Of a stretch of DNA of 64,000 nt, positions 31,497 to 42,116 are shown in pieces. Location of the stretch: contig CAXXVK010000030.1 in NCBI GenBank assembly GCA_963676915.2, positions 28,978 through 92,977 on the forward strand. Reading direction: 5' to 3'. The notes beneath the pieces are model-generated. The model did no database searches. It had not been told where the DNA came from and saw nothing but the letters and a program-made list of their open reading frames with translations. The DNA is from Myxococcota bacterium (GTDB taxonomy: Bacteria > Myxococcota_A > SURF-8 > G963663525). The position numbers were made by a program, and so were the translations under genes. Numbering within the stretch: position 1 is the first letter of the stretch; each line of letters opens with the position of its first letter.

Positions 31497-31538
31497 CAAA
31501 AACAACGACGCGGGATTGTAGATCCATCCCGCGTCGTT
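31497..31538 (-). terminator. Rho-independent terminator after the beta-helix gene
   Basis: AACGACGCGGGAT...ATCCCGCGTCGTT with a T tract on the minus strand. Confidence 0.8.
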
Positions 31539-31607
31539 AACAAGTTTGTTTTTGTTGAAAGGTTCCGATTTTCGACAACGAAGGCTCGAAAATCGGTATG
31601 GGAACGA

Positions 31608-33167
31608 TTACTCCCCGATGGTCACTTGGATGGCTCCGATATCCGGTCCTTTTCCTTTGCCTTCCGGATCGATCATGGGAGACCCAGGCATCGGCGTGAA
31701 ATCCAATTCCAGCGGATTGGCGAACAGTGCCGAGGCACGAACGTCTCCAGGACCGGGATGGGCCTTTTTGTAATCCGCATCCTTGTTGTTGTGATACAGA
31801 TTCGAAAAAGCTTTCGGCTCGTTGGGATAGTTTCCTTCGTAGCTCAAACCAATGAAATTACCGACAACGGCATTGTGATGAAAATTGCCTTCGGAGTTCT
31901 CGGTAAACCAGGCACCCGCTTTAGTATTGCCATAGAACGTGTTTTCGAACACGCTGGCATATCCCGAGCTTCCTACCAGCATTCCATGCCAACCGTTATT
32001 TGCAATAGTGGAGTTGATCAGGAACAGCTTGGCTCCGAGCACCACGATTCCGGCTTTACCGTTGCCGTTGATCGTGTTCAGGCTGACCTGCGGGTTGGCG
32101 GTTTGACGCACATTCAAGCCGTGCTCTTTGTTGAAAGAGATCTGGTTCATTTCGATTTCGGCTTCGGACAAACCAAAGACACCAATTCCCATTTTGTTGT
32201 ACTGAATGAGATTTCCCGTGATTTTTGGAGACGTGATGCCGTTGATTCGAATCCCTTCATTGGCGTTGACGGAGATCGTGTTCTCTACCACTTCAACGTC
32301 CGCACCTTCGTTGATTTCGATACCTATGGAATTGCCTTTGACTTCGCTGGCCATCAACATCAGTTTGCCGATTTCATTAACGATGATGCCAGGCGCTCTT
32401 TCAACCTCATTGCCGTTGGATTCGACCGTCAACGCCTCGCCACTGACATGAGCGCCGAGTTCGACCAGCAGACCACCGCTGCCATTTCCTTGCAAAATAA
32501 CCGATTCCAAAGTGATATGAGCGCTTTCCTCATCCCGATACTCGATGATTTTTTCCGGCACTTCGTTGAATGCACGAGCCTCAACACCGAATTTTCCGTT
32601 TTCGGCGATCAGACTATCCATAATGCGAGCGCGTGCCTGTTCATGCAGTAACAATCCGCTTTGGTTGTTACCGGTCACCTCGGAGTTGCGCAGATCGAGC
32701 ATTCCGAAATTTCGAGATTCAATTCCTGCCAATCCACCACCGAGAAAGCGGCAGTTGTTGAAAACCACTTCGGTATCGGTCAACAGCAATGTCGGGTCAC
32801 GACCTGCTCCACGCTTGTCGAAGGTCATCCCTTCGACCGAAATATTCTGGGCGCCCTTGCTGTACAATACCGGGCCTTCACCATCGAAGGTCACAATGGT
32901 ATCTTCTCGGGATTCACCAACGAGTTGCAGCCCCGTACGCAATTGAATTTGCTCGTTGTATTCGCCGGGACGCACCACGACGATCTGCCCCTGCTCGATA
33001 TCCACGTTTTGAATGGCTTGGGCAAGAGAACGATAATCCCCTTCGCCGGTCGGATCGACGACGATTTGCGCCTTGGTCGCGCATCCCCCGAAAATTGCAA
33101 GGGAAATCGCCAACAAACACCCGGTGATCGCTTTTCGAAAACGAAGCCGTTCCATCAGATTCTCCAT
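31608..33167 (-). CDS. Lipoprotein with right-handed parallel beta-helix repeats
   Basis: Lipobox IFGGC; pectinesterase-like N-cap (GDYRSLAQAI, PGEYNE); many IxxNxxxGI repeats; C-terminal SPMID...DIGA. Confidence 0.8.
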   Translation of the reverse strand: MENLMERLRFRKAITGCLLAISLAIFGGCATKAQIVVDPTGEGDYRSLAQAIQNVDIEQGQIVVVRPGEYNEQIQLRTGLQLVGESREDTIVTFDGEGPVLYSKGAQNISVEGMTFDKRGAGRDPTLLLTDTEVVFNNCRFLGGGLAGIESRNFGMLDLRNSEVTGNNQSGLLLHEQARARIMDSLIAENGKFGVEARAFNEVPEKIIEYRDEESAHITLESVILQGNGSGGLLVELGAHVSGEALTVESNGNEVERAPGIIVNEIGKLMLMASEVKGNSIGIEINEGADVEVVENTISVNANEGIRINGITSPKITGNLIQYNKMGIGVFGLSEAEIEMNQISFNKEHGLNVRQTANPQVSLNTINGNGKAGIVVLGAKLFLINSTIANNGWHGMLVGSSGYASVFENTFYGNTKAGAWFTENSEGNFHHNAVVGNFIGLSYEGNYPNEPKAFSNLYHNNKDADYKKAHPGPGDVRASALFANPLELDFTPMPGSPMIDPEGKGKGPDIGAIQVTIGE

Positions 33168-33383
33168 AATTTTAGATAGTTAGGAATTCTTTTTTTAACG
33201 TTATTATACAACATTAAAGCGAATTATACCTTTTTTATGGCGAAAGTCAAAGGAATGGCTTGTTGAATGATCTATTAGGAACGTGATTGTTTCGGAAAAT
33301 AAAAACGATCAACGGCCCTGAAAGACTCCGCCATTAATCTTCGGGAACGATGATTTAAAGTTTTTCTTCCTGAAGATAATCAT

Positions 33384-34961
33384 TCAGTTTGTTTGTTCGA
33401 CAAACCTTATGGCAGAGCCGACAGCTCCCATGCACCACTCGCTCGGACCATCCGCCTCAAGCACCACGTTCATGGCCCTATCGAGATAATCCGGTACAAA
33501 AAACGTAGAGGTCGGCTTATCGTTCACGACCAGCGGTACGCACTGTAACATCTCGGGCATCCACTCCGCCGGATTGCAATTTTCCGGCTTCATGACAAGG
33601 TTCAAATCGACCATATCTAGAAACATCATTGCGAAAGCGGCATAATCTTCACCACTCAATTTAACTGCTGCTGCCGCAAGTTCGTCGACAGTTGCTTTCT
33701 GCTCGTCGGTCAATCCAGGAGCATGAAGAGGCTCCAACACGATCGGATAAATCCATTCTCCAGGCAAAACCGGAATATCCGTCAATTCCACGACCTGATC
33801 TATACTTTCGATCTCTTTTTCAGCCAATACGCTGCCCAATTCCGCCGATGGCAACTCCTCATCGGAAGCGACATACGATCCCTTGATAAGTCGTAACAAG
33901 CCTCCTTGGGCACGACTGATGCGTACTGTTATCGTAACGTTCGTACCTTCGGCAGGCACCACAAGCTCATCACCCATTTGTGCGACGGCATCCGCGGAGC
34001 TAATTGATAATTCCACTGCGGCTGCGACAGGGCCACGAGAAACGAAAGTATGACGATCAAGAATGCCTTGCACAAGGCCGTCAACCGTTTCCTCGGTAGA
34101 TTTGATCCAGGTTGTTGGAAATCCATTGAGCAAAAACATATGGCGGTCACTACCACCCACCAACGCCACATGAACGCCTCTCGTCAGCATTGCTTCATAA
34201 AGAGCTAGAATCTGACCGTACGGTTCCTGCAAAGCTCGTTTGAAAATCGGACTCGCCGTTCCATGATCCGCTTCCCATTGGTTTAATTCATCCTCTGGAA
34301 ACGGAGCTGAACTCATCGCCCAACGAACATTCCATATTTCGAGTGAATCGTGCGTTCGCGTATCCCAGGGCCAGGGAGTATCGGGTAACAGAGGGTGATT
34401 GATGGAAAACGCACCCTTTTTCTCATGTACGCTATCGATGGCATTCAGGATGTCATCTTGCGAGGTTCCATCCCCCCCCGGATTGTGATCGATAAATTCC
34501 TTGGGACCGAAAACGTTGGCATGCCCTACTGAGCCAAATTCCTGTCCCGGAATCAAAAGCAGTTTCTCGCTGGTCCAATCAGGATCACTCAGAACATCCA
34601 CCGTGCGATGGTCGGTGATAGAAATAAAATCGAGACTGTTTCCAAAATACTCCGGGTGAGCGGCAAGAAACGTTTCATTTTCCAGATATTCACCTAGAGC
34701 TATTACCATCGCCGCCTCATCAGAGCCGTCGCTCCATGTGCTATGCATATGAAGATCGCCGCGCAGCCAACCCTCATCTTTCAGACGAAGAGTGGGATCG
34801 ACTGTCTCTTCTATCTCGGCTTCACTCTCATCCCCATCGAGCAATACATCATTATCCCAATCGCCATTGACATTCTCGTCGTTCGTCCCGTCATCGGAAC
34901 ATCCAGCCAAAAAACTAAAAAGACAGAATAGAATCACCACAGCAAAACGACAGTTGAACAT
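33384..34961 (-). CDS. PHP-domain (CehA/McbA-like) metallohydrolase lipoprotein
   Basis: Lipobox LAGC; WLRGDLHMHSTWSDG, SITDH, GQE, GHAN, INHP, GGSDRH. Confidence 0.85.
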   Translation of the reverse strand: MFNCRFAVVILFCLFSFLAGCSDDGTNDENVNGDWDNDVLLDGDESEAEIEETVDPTLRLKDEGWLRGDLHMHSTWSDGSDEAAMVIALGEYLENETFLAAHPEYFGNSLDFISITDHRTVDVLSDPDWTSEKLLLIPGQEFGSVGHANVFGPKEFIDHNPGGDGTSQDDILNAIDSVHEKKGAFSINHPLLPDTPWPWDTRTHDSLEIWNVRWAMSSAPFPEDELNQWEADHGTASPIFKRALQEPYGQILALYEAMLTRGVHVALVGGSDRHMFLLNGFPTTWIKSTEETVDGLVQGILDRHTFVSRGPVAAAVELSISSADAVAQMGDELVVPAEGTNVTITVRISRAQGGLLRLIKGSYVASDEELPSAELGSVLAEKEIESIDQVVELTDIPVLPGEWIYPIVLEPLHAPGLTDEQKATVDELAAAAVKLSGEDYAAFAMMFLDMVDLNLVMKPENCNPAEWMPEMLQCVPLVVNDKPTSTFFVPDYLDRAMNVVLEADGPSEWCMGAVGSAIRFVEQTN

Positions 34962-35241
34962 GTTCTACTCCCACAAGATTAAAAATCACTGTTTAACCAA
35001 ACCATCCTTACGACACTCCCCGTCGGATAGGCTATCCGAAGAGTTAGAATCCTGGCTAAACATAAATTATAGAATTTTTTAATTGATTTTTAACGATTGT
35101 TCGCGGTCTGGCAAATTATTTCAACATCGAAAACGTGCATGATCAAAACTTTGCCAGCTTCGCACTAGATAGGGCTAATCTCCTGATCAAATCCACACGT
35201 TTTCGCATGAACTTCTGAAAACATCCCGGGAGACTTCTCCC

Positions 35242-36015
35242 CTATTCTTCGGGCGCGATGATTCCTAATTTTTCTTCCTGAAGATAGCCGTTCAGACCGT
35301 TTTCCAACCAGATTTGACGCCAGTCCTCCACTTTTTCGCCCAAACGGACCTTCAATCCCGTATGGACCTTCAAGCGGCTTTCGAAATTGATATTCGGACC
35401 GGTACGGACTTCGACCTCTTCCCCCAGCACCACGGCGTATCGTTGGTCTTCGTAAGCGTAGGCTTTCGCCAGCAGCAATCCCCCACTCGCCAACGCTGCG
35501 ATGAAAAACAACAGCCCCATCAGACCGGAAAGAAAACGCGCACGTTCTCCTTTCGAGATACGCCACGTCCAGAGAGAGGCGAAAAACAGCATCCAGAAAG
35601 GCAAAAACACCATGGCGAAACCATCGAAACTCATAGCGTTCATCAAGCCATCGAGCGACAAGCCGTTGTCTTCGGTTTTCGCTTCGACGATCACCTTGTC
35701 TTTCTGCTGCTTCGCGGCTTGTTCCAGATTGGCCCGGCAATCCTCGCAATCCGGGTTTTGCAAGAGAGCCTGTTCCAAGCGCCATACGCCTCGGCCTAAA
35801 TCGCCGGATTTCAGATACGTGGTTCCGAGATTGTAATATAGATTCGCTCCCCCCCAACCCTGAGCGATCAATTCCTCATAGATTTCTAGTGCTTTTGCAC
35901 CTTGCCCGGCAGCAGATAGCCGGTTGGCTTCATCGAAACGCGCCTGTGGATCGTCGGCCCATGCCGAGGAACAAAGCAGCAAAAAGCATCCTAAAGCGAT
36001 CCAAAAGGTTTTCAT
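35242..36015 (-). CDS. batE: BatE-like TPR + TM + SH3 protein
   Basis: Signal peptide, TPR (LYYNLG), 2 TM helices, SH3b (VRTGP...GLKV...W..I.L.NG..GY); operon position. Confidence 0.8.
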   Translation of the reverse strand: MKTFWIALGCFLLLCSSAWADDPQARFDEANRLSAAGQGAKALEIYEELIAQGWGGANLYYNLGTTYLKSGDLGRGVWRLEQALLQNPDCEDCRANLEQAAKQQKDKVIVEAKTEDNGLSLDGLMNAMSFDGFAMVFLPFWMLFFASLWTWRISKGERARFLSGLMGLLFFIAALASGGLLLAKAYAYEDQRYAVVLGEEVEVRTGPNINFESRLKVHTGLKVRLGEKVEDWRQIWLENGLNGYLQEEKLGIIAPEE

Positions 36016-37820
36016 CGTTTCGCTTCCTTGCGCCAGTTCAACGCCTCTTTCCACAGATCGAGCATTCGGCTTTCGTCGCCACTTCCAGCGAAACGGGCGG
36101 AATCACAGGCCGAACCCAACTCTCTCCAGCGCCGGGCTTCGGTCTCGCTCAACCCTTTTTCCACAAGACGTGCCTCGGCAGCGGCGCGGGTCGAACCTTT
36201 TAACGTTTCTCCGGCGAAGTCTTCGGCCCACATATCGAGCAATCGCACGACAGCCGGATAAAACTCGGTGTCGGCTTTTTTCGCCAACGATTCCGCATTT
36301 CGGGTCAACTCCGCGATTTCCTTGGCCCGACGAGCCGCTTCTCCACCTTTGAGCAACGGCAACACGCGGCGGAAACCATCGATCAGCAGCATCAACAAGG
36401 TAAGAACCAAAGGCAATGCCACCAGTCCCTGAAACACCCACGAACGAGCGAACGAATGTTGTCGAGCGCTTACGTCGCCGGAAAAATGCAAGGGACGCAA
36501 GGCATCGGCATCCATTTCAAGAATCTGCTTTTCCGGTGCCTGCCAACCTGTTGAAGTTTTCGCCCCTGCTTGAGCCGGACGAACCTGAATCCGATACGAA
36601 GGTGCTTTAGCTTTTTTATAAAGTCCCGAAACGGGGTCGAAGTAAGAAAACTCCACGGCTGGAATCGTAAACGACCCGGCACGCTCGGGAACGAACAGCA
36701 ATTCAAGGGTTTTGCTGCCGACAATGCGGTTGCCTTGCTGTTGTGATTCACTCGACTGAGACGGCGGATACGTCTTCACGCCAGCGGGAATCGCGGGTTG
36801 AGGCAGGGAAATCGCCTCCATATTGGCGGTTCCACTCATCGTCAACCGGTATTCCACCGGCTGATTGACCTCGGTGCTTCGTCGGTCCACTTTGGAACTG
36901 AGTTTGAACGTTCCCACCGCACCGCGCAGAAAATCGTCCGGGCGATTGATTTCGGGTAAGGGATCGACCGTGATTTTCACCGGGGGCGAACGCCGAACGG
37001 CTTCCTGTCGCTGACGGAAAAAGCCGTCACCGGCCTGAAAACGAAAACGGTAGGGATCGATGGTAAGTTCCCCGGATCGCTGGGGAATCAGTACCCTGCG
37101 GTCTAAAACCTGCACGTCATAGCGCCTGCCGTTGATAAACAGTTTACGCCTGCGTTCGATTTTCGGTGTTTCGATCGGATGGGACTCGAAGCCCTGGAAC
37201 TTCGGATATTCCGGAATGGCCTGATCTACGTCCACTTGTAGATAAACGTACAATGAAACCGTAAACTGCTCACCCAGAACCACTTGATTTTTCTCGGGAA
37301 TCAAACGAATGAACAGTTGAGGCGTCTGACGTTCGGAAGGCGATAACGGCGATTCGAGCGCATTCGTACCTTCCTCTTCAATGGCCTGTGGCTCGATGGT
37401 CTTCTGCACGGTCACGTTGAACGGTTTCGAAATCACGCGCTGGTTTCCGTCCATAAACCACGCCGAAGGAATGGTGATTTTTCCGGTTCGCGTCGGTTGC
37501 AGAGTTATCACGGTGGTATTGACTCTTGTACGAGCCATTTTGAAGTTTACGACCGAAATCTGCTCGGACGTACTGGTGTGACGGTTGATGATCTGAAAGC
37601 CGCGAAATTCGGGCAATCGTACCTCACCGACCTCGGAGTCGTCTTCGATGGTCACCGTCACCTCGCAACGCAAGATGTCGTCCATCGTCATCTGGCGGTG
37701 GCTGCACTCCAACGAAACACGATTGTCCGCATAAGCCGCATTCGATGCAAACCACCCCACAAGGACCAACAGTCCCAAAAGCGATTGTCGAATCAAACGA
37801 TGTACAAAAGGCTTTTTCAT
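36012..37820 (-). CDS. batD: BatD family protein
   Basis: Signal peptide, BatD Ig-like repeats (STSEQISVVN, GELTI, GAVGTF), C-terminal TM helix. Confidence 0.85.
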   Translation of the reverse strand: MKKPFVHRLIRQSLLGLLVLVGWFASNAAYADNRVSLECSHRQMTMDDILRCEVTVTIEDDSEVGEVRLPEFRGFQIINRHTSTSEQISVVNFKMARTRVNTTVITLQPTRTGKITIPSAWFMDGNQRVISKPFNVTVQKTIEPQAIEEEGTNALESPLSPSERQTPQLFIRLIPEKNQVVLGEQFTVSLYVYLQVDVDQAIPEYPKFQGFESHPIETPKIERRRKLFINGRRYDVQVLDRRVLIPQRSGELTIDPYRFRFQAGDGFFRQRQEAVRRSPPVKITVDPLPEINRPDDFLRGAVGTFKLSSKVDRRSTEVNQPVEYRLTMSGTANMEAISLPQPAIPAGVKTYPPSQSSESQQQGNRIVGSKTLELLFVPERAGSFTIPAVEFSYFDPVSGLYKKAKAPSYRIQVRPAQAGAKTSTGWQAPEKQILEMDADALRPLHFSGDVSARQHSFARSWVFQGLVALPLVLTLLMLLIDGFRRVLPLLKGGEAARRAKEIAELTRNAESLAKKADTEFYPAVVRLLDMWAEDFAGETLKGSTRAAAEARLVEKGLSETEARRWRELGSACDSARFAGSGDESRMLDLWKEALNWRKEAKR

Positions 37821-37913
37821 TTCACCTGTATTTCGATCCACATTCCGACCAAGAGACACACAAGGTAATAGTGAGTAAAAGAATCTCAGGTATAAACGAT
37901 TCTTCTGCGAGGA

Positions 37914-38831
37914 TCAATAATCCTTCTCCGGATTCCCAGCCGCTCCCGGTGCTTGCAAACGGAACAGTTGAAATGCCTTTTCGTTTTCCTGCATCGAGTC
38001 CAGTTTGCGTTCCAGCTCGCTTTTCTCTTCAGGATGCAACACCTGGGCTTCCTGTTCCTGAGCTTGCTGTTGCTCATCCTGACCTTGTTCCGATTCGCCT
38101 TCCTGTGCGGCCTGTTGCTGCTGGGCTTGCTGCTCTTCGCCTTCTTGTTGCTGATTTTCTTCGGGTTTCTGCCCTTGCTGTTTCTGCTCGGACTCCTCCC
38201 CTTCCCCGTTCTGTTCTTGATTCTGCTCGCCGTTCTGCTGCTGTCCTTCCTGGTTCTCTTCGCCTTCCTGCTGTTGCTGCTCCCCGTCTTGCTGTTGCTG
38301 TTCACCCTGTTGACCGTCTTGGTTCTGCTGACCATCCTGATTCTGCTGGTCTTGCTGTTCCTGACGTTTCTTGGCTTCTTCTTCCGCCTTTTTCAACAGG
38401 TATTGCGCCAACTCGAGGTTGAATACCGCATCCTCATCACCGGGTTGGAGCCGCAACGAACGCTTGTAACTGTCGATGGCTTCTCGGATCTTTTTCTGAG
38501 CCATCAACGTATTTCCCATGTTGTAATAATTTCGAGCCTTTAGCTTATCATCCGCCCCGGACAGCCCCTTGAGATATTCTTCCATCGCCTCTTTGTGTTT
38601 GCCCAGTCTCTCTAGCGTAGCACCCCGATTGAAATGAAGAATCGGACCCGGGCCGTGAGTTTCTATGGCCTGGTTATACAATTCAAGGGCTTCGGCGTAC
38701 TTCTGCTGGCGAAATTTTTTGTTGGCATCCGACACAACGGGATCGTCGGATTCGACCAGATCGAAACCGAAACCGAACGGAAGAAACAGGCACAAAACGA
38801 GCCAAAAGCCGATCAAACGGTGCGCGTTCAT
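37914..38831 (-). CDS. batC: BatC-like TPR protein with Gln-rich tail
   Basis: TPRs (YYNMGN, YKRSLRLQPGDEDAVFNLELA), Q/E-rich linker, ending EKDY. Confidence 0.82.
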   Translation of the reverse strand: MNAHRLIGFWLVLCLFLPFGFGFDLVESDDPVVSDANKKFRQQKYAEALELYNQAIETHGPGPILHFNRGATLERLGKHKEAMEEYLKGLSGADDKLKARNYYNMGNTLMAQKKIREAIDSYKRSLRLQPGDEDAVFNLELAQYLLKKAEEEAKKRQEQQDQQNQDGQQNQDGQQGEQQQQDGEQQQQEGEENQEGQQQNGEQNQEQNGEGEESEQKQQGQKPEENQQQEGEEQQAQQQQAAQEGESEQGQDEQQQAQEQEAQVLHPEEKSELERKLDSMQENEKAFQLFRLQAPGAAGNPEKDY

Positions 38832-39876
38832 CGTACACCGCCTTTCCACTGAGGTTTTCCGATACCCAGCACGCGGCTTCCTCGGCGACGGTCGAGCAAT
38901 GCCCCGAACCAGAGCAACAACAGCGCCGGAATCAGACCCCAACGATAGAGTTCATCGTATTGGGTGTAGAGAGACGCCTCGAATTCCGTTCGCTGCATGC
39001 GCGAAATCATCTCTTTGAGTTCAATCAGCGATCCACCCGCCTGAAGGCTGAGATACCGCCCCCCGGTGGAACGAGCGATACTGACCAACAACTGTTCGTT
39101 GAGGCGACTCATCACGGTACGGCCATCTTTGCCCTTTTTGTAGCCTAGATTCGCTCCGCTGTCGTCGGTCTCGGGAATCGGTTCTCCCGAAGCCGATCCG
39201 ATACCCACCGCCACGACCTGAATTTTCTCTTTCGTGAGCTTGGCCAAAGCTTCCTTGACCTTCTCGCCGTGGTCCTCGCCGTCGGTCAGTAAAACCACAA
39301 GGCGGGACTTCGCTTTGTCTTTGCTGGAGGTCAACAGCGTATGTGCCTGATCCAGCGCCTGACCGATGGCGGTTCCCTGCACGGGAATATCTTCGGGTGA
39401 CACGGATTTCAAAAAGAGCTTCGCAGCGGCATAATCGGTCGTCATCGGGCATTGAATGAAACTGGTCCCGGCAAAGGCAATCAATCCCACCCGGTCACCT
39501 TTCAGTTCATCGATCAACGATTCCAACTCCAACTTTGCCGGCGTAGACGGTCGGGCCGGATGTCCCGAGCCAGCATCGATTTCGAAACATCGAGTACGAA
39601 CAGCAGATCGATGCCTTCTTTTTTCACCAGCGTGGAATTGCCGCCGACTTGGGGTCGAGTCAGGGCGAAAATCAAGAAAACCAACGCCCCAAGAATGAAA
39701 AACGAGGACAATAGGGATTTGCGGTCCGAAAAAGACAACAATAACCGTTGGGCCGGAACAGCATCGGCCAATCGTCGGGCACGGTGTACGAATGCACGGC
39801 GACCGAGCCAGAGAATAAAACCGACAAAGGGCAGGCACAGCAACCAGAACAACATTTCTTCCTGGTCGAATCTCAT
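38828..39876 (-). CDS. batB: BatB vWA-domain protein, apparent -1 frameshift near 39538
   Basis: ALTRPQ and LDVSKSM (MIDAS) in ORF 39514..39894; DRVGLIAFAG, PMTTDY and LTDGEDH in ORF 38828..39838. One added G gives DRLRRAKLELE. Confidence 0.85.
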
Positions 39877-40880
39877 GGAAACCTCCTCAGCCACAATCCG
39901 CCAAGCGCGACTTCCAGAAGAATCAGCAACAATGCGGGCAAAGCGAAAGCCGAATAGATTTCATCGTACAACACGAACTGCTGGTCCGGCAGTTCGGTGG
40001 TTTCCAACTCGTTGATCCGGTCGAAGATGCCTTGCAGAGAATAGGCATCGGTCGCTACGAAATATTCGCCGTTCGATAGTTGTGCCAGTTCTTTCAACAA
40101 CTTGGGATTCACCGGGAAGTTTCGTTGGACAACGGTTTGGCGTCCGAACATGTCCCGCGCCGGGTAATCGACCAACCCGCCTCGACCAACTTGCACCGAG
40201 TAAATTTTCACACCCAGTTCTTTGGCCAGTTTGGCGGCATCGACAGGAGATGTGGTACTGCGGTTGTCGTCACCGTCGGTCAACAGGATCATGACCTTGC
40301 TTTTGGCTTCCGAGTTTCGCAGACGCAGCAAACCTGTGGAAAGTGCATCGCCGATGGCAGTGCCATCCTCGATCAAGCCCTGTAGTACGGCATCCACGCT
40401 GATTTGCTTAAGTACGTTTTTGAAAATCGAACGATCCAGCGTCAACGGGCACTGACTGAAGGATTCCCCGGCGAAAACCACCAGTCCCAGGCGGTCGTTC
40501 TCTCGTCCGTCGGCGAAACGAGCCACCGTTTCTCGGGCCACGGTGAAGCGGTCCGAGGGTTTGAAGTCGAGCGCCAGCATCGAGGGCGACATATCGAGCA
40601 CCACCACAATGTCGATACCCTCTTTGAATATCGGTTGGTCCTCGGCTCTCGTACGCGGTCCGGCCAGAGCGACAACCAATAAAATCAGAGCCAGCGTCCG
40701 AAGGATTTTCGGCAGGTGGCGCAGTCGAACACGGGCGGTTTTAGGAATTTTTCCGGCGAATCCCAACCAGGGATAGGCCAACGTAGCCGTTCGGCGGCGC
40801 TCGAATAGGAGATCCAACAACAGCGGCACGAGCGCCAGCGGCATCAGCAACAGGAGGTAAGGCGCACTAAACTCCACCAT
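39873..40880 (-). CDS. batA: BatA vWA-domain protein
   Basis: ALAGP, EGIDIVVVLDMSPSM, DRLGLVVF, GTAIGDAL, LLTDG, ending LRRFP. Confidence 0.9.
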   Translation of the reverse strand: MVEFSAPYLLLLMPLALVPLLLDLLFERRRTATLAYPWLGFAGKIPKTARVRLRHLPKILRTLALILLVVALAGPRTRAEDQPIFKEGIDIVVVLDMSPSMLALDFKPSDRFTVARETVARFADGRENDRLGLVVFAGESFSQCPLTLDRSIFKNVLKQISVDAVLQGLIEDGTAIGDALSTGLLRLRNSEAKSKVMILLTDGDDNRSTTSPVDAAKLAKELGVKIYSVQVGRGGLVDYPARDMFGRQTVVQRNFPVNPKLLKELAQLSNGEYFVATDAYSLQGIFDRINELETTELPDQQFVLYDEIYSAFALPALLLILLEVALGGLWLRRFP

Positions 40881-42114
40881 GGGCCTCCTTCGTTCGTTCC
40901 ACCACCATGTGGGCGTGCTTCAACAGTTCATCGGCCTGCTCTTCTCGCGGTTCGTATTTCGCGAATTTCACCAAGTCGCAAGCCAGAAAAAAGTCACCGA
41001 TCAGGCGATCGTCCAAATCTTTCAGATACATTCCGGCCAATAGAGAACGAATCTCGTCGGTCGTTTTCTCCAAAGCATCGATTCCGTAGCGGTTATCCAG
41101 ATATTCGCGGACGATCTGGGAGATTTCGGTGTGGAATTCGTCGAATTTCCTTTGCGGCACGAGATTTCGAGCCGCCAGTTCGGCGAGTCGTTCCAGCGCG
41201 ATTTCATGCGCAGGACGCTTGACGATCACCTCGAGCTGTTCCGGCATCATGGCCCGCTTTTTCTTGGCATGCCGCACGAGTAAAAATACCAAGAGAGCAA
41301 TCAACAACGCTACAGCAATAGCCGCCAGCACACCGACGAGCGTCCAATCCTCGATCCTCAATGTTTCCGGTCCTTTGGAGGGTTTCGGATCAAGCTTGAT
41401 CTGCATCGGTTCGGGTTGTTGTCCGGGTTGGGATGGTGGTTGCACCGCATTGGGGTCCATACCTGGAGGAACCACTTGCGTTCCGGGAGGAAGCGGAGCG
41501 TTGGGATCTATAGGAGCCGCCTGAGAACCCGCTCCCGGCGGCAAAGCCAACGGTTGTCCCATGGATGAAGGAGGAGGAGCCTTGGGACGGCTTTTCTCGT
41601 CCTCGGCCCGGCGCTTCATTTCTTCTTGCGCCACTTTCATCGCCTCTTCTTCCAGCATGGACTTGATCGTCACCCGCACGAGATCGCTTTTGTATTCCGT
41701 TTTTTCGCCGTTTTGCGTAATCGTGAACGATACGGGTGGGAGTTCCAAAGCACCGGTTGTGAAACTGAGCAGAGTGAAATCGAACCGCACCGTGTGCTGT
41801 CCTTCTTCCATTCCGGCCCATTCGGACTTGTCTTTCAGTTCGAACTCGCCGAATTTTGGCGAATCCTTCAATCGTGCCTCGAATTCTCCGGCAGATCGAA
41901 ATGTCACCACCAGATGCACTTCGTCACCGATGCGACATTCCTGGGGACGTGTTTTTTGAGAAATCGTCACCTTCGGGAGCGAAACGGCCGATTTCGTCGC
42001 GTTGGGAGTGCTGTCTTCCGCCTTCGGTGCGTTTTGCGAATAGGCCGGAGCCGCTTCCAACCACGACAACAGAAAGACCAAAGCCAGTACAATGTGGAGG
42101 CATTTCCGAACCAT
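40867..42114 (-). CDS. Bat-operon membrane protein (BatD/DUF4381-like) with Pro-rich insert
   Basis: Own GGAGG RBS and ATG at 42114, signal peptide, Ig-like domain, TM helix, C-terminal ALEKTTDEI...DLVKFAK. Confidence 0.75.
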   Translation of the reverse strand: MVRKCLHIVLALVFLLSWLEAAPAYSQNAPKAEDSTPNATKSAVSLPKVTISQKTRPQECRIGDEVHLVVTFRSAGEFEARLKDSPKFGEFELKDKSEWAGMEEGQHTVRFDFTLLSFTTGALELPPVSFTITQNGEKTEYKSDLVRVTIKSMLEEEAMKVAQEEMKRRAEDEKSRPKAPPPSSMGQPLALPPGAGSQAAPIDPNAPLPPGTQVVPPGMDPNAVQPPSQPGQQPEPMQIKLDPKPSKGPETLRIEDWTLVGVLAAIAVALLIALLVFLLVRHAKKKRAMMPEQLEVIVKRPAHEIALERLAELAARNLVPQRKFDEFHTEISQIVREYLDNRYGIDALEKTTDEIRSLLAGMYLKDLDDRLIGDFFLACDLVKFAKYEPREEQADELLKHAHMVVERTKEAHGGV

Positions 42115-42116
42115 CG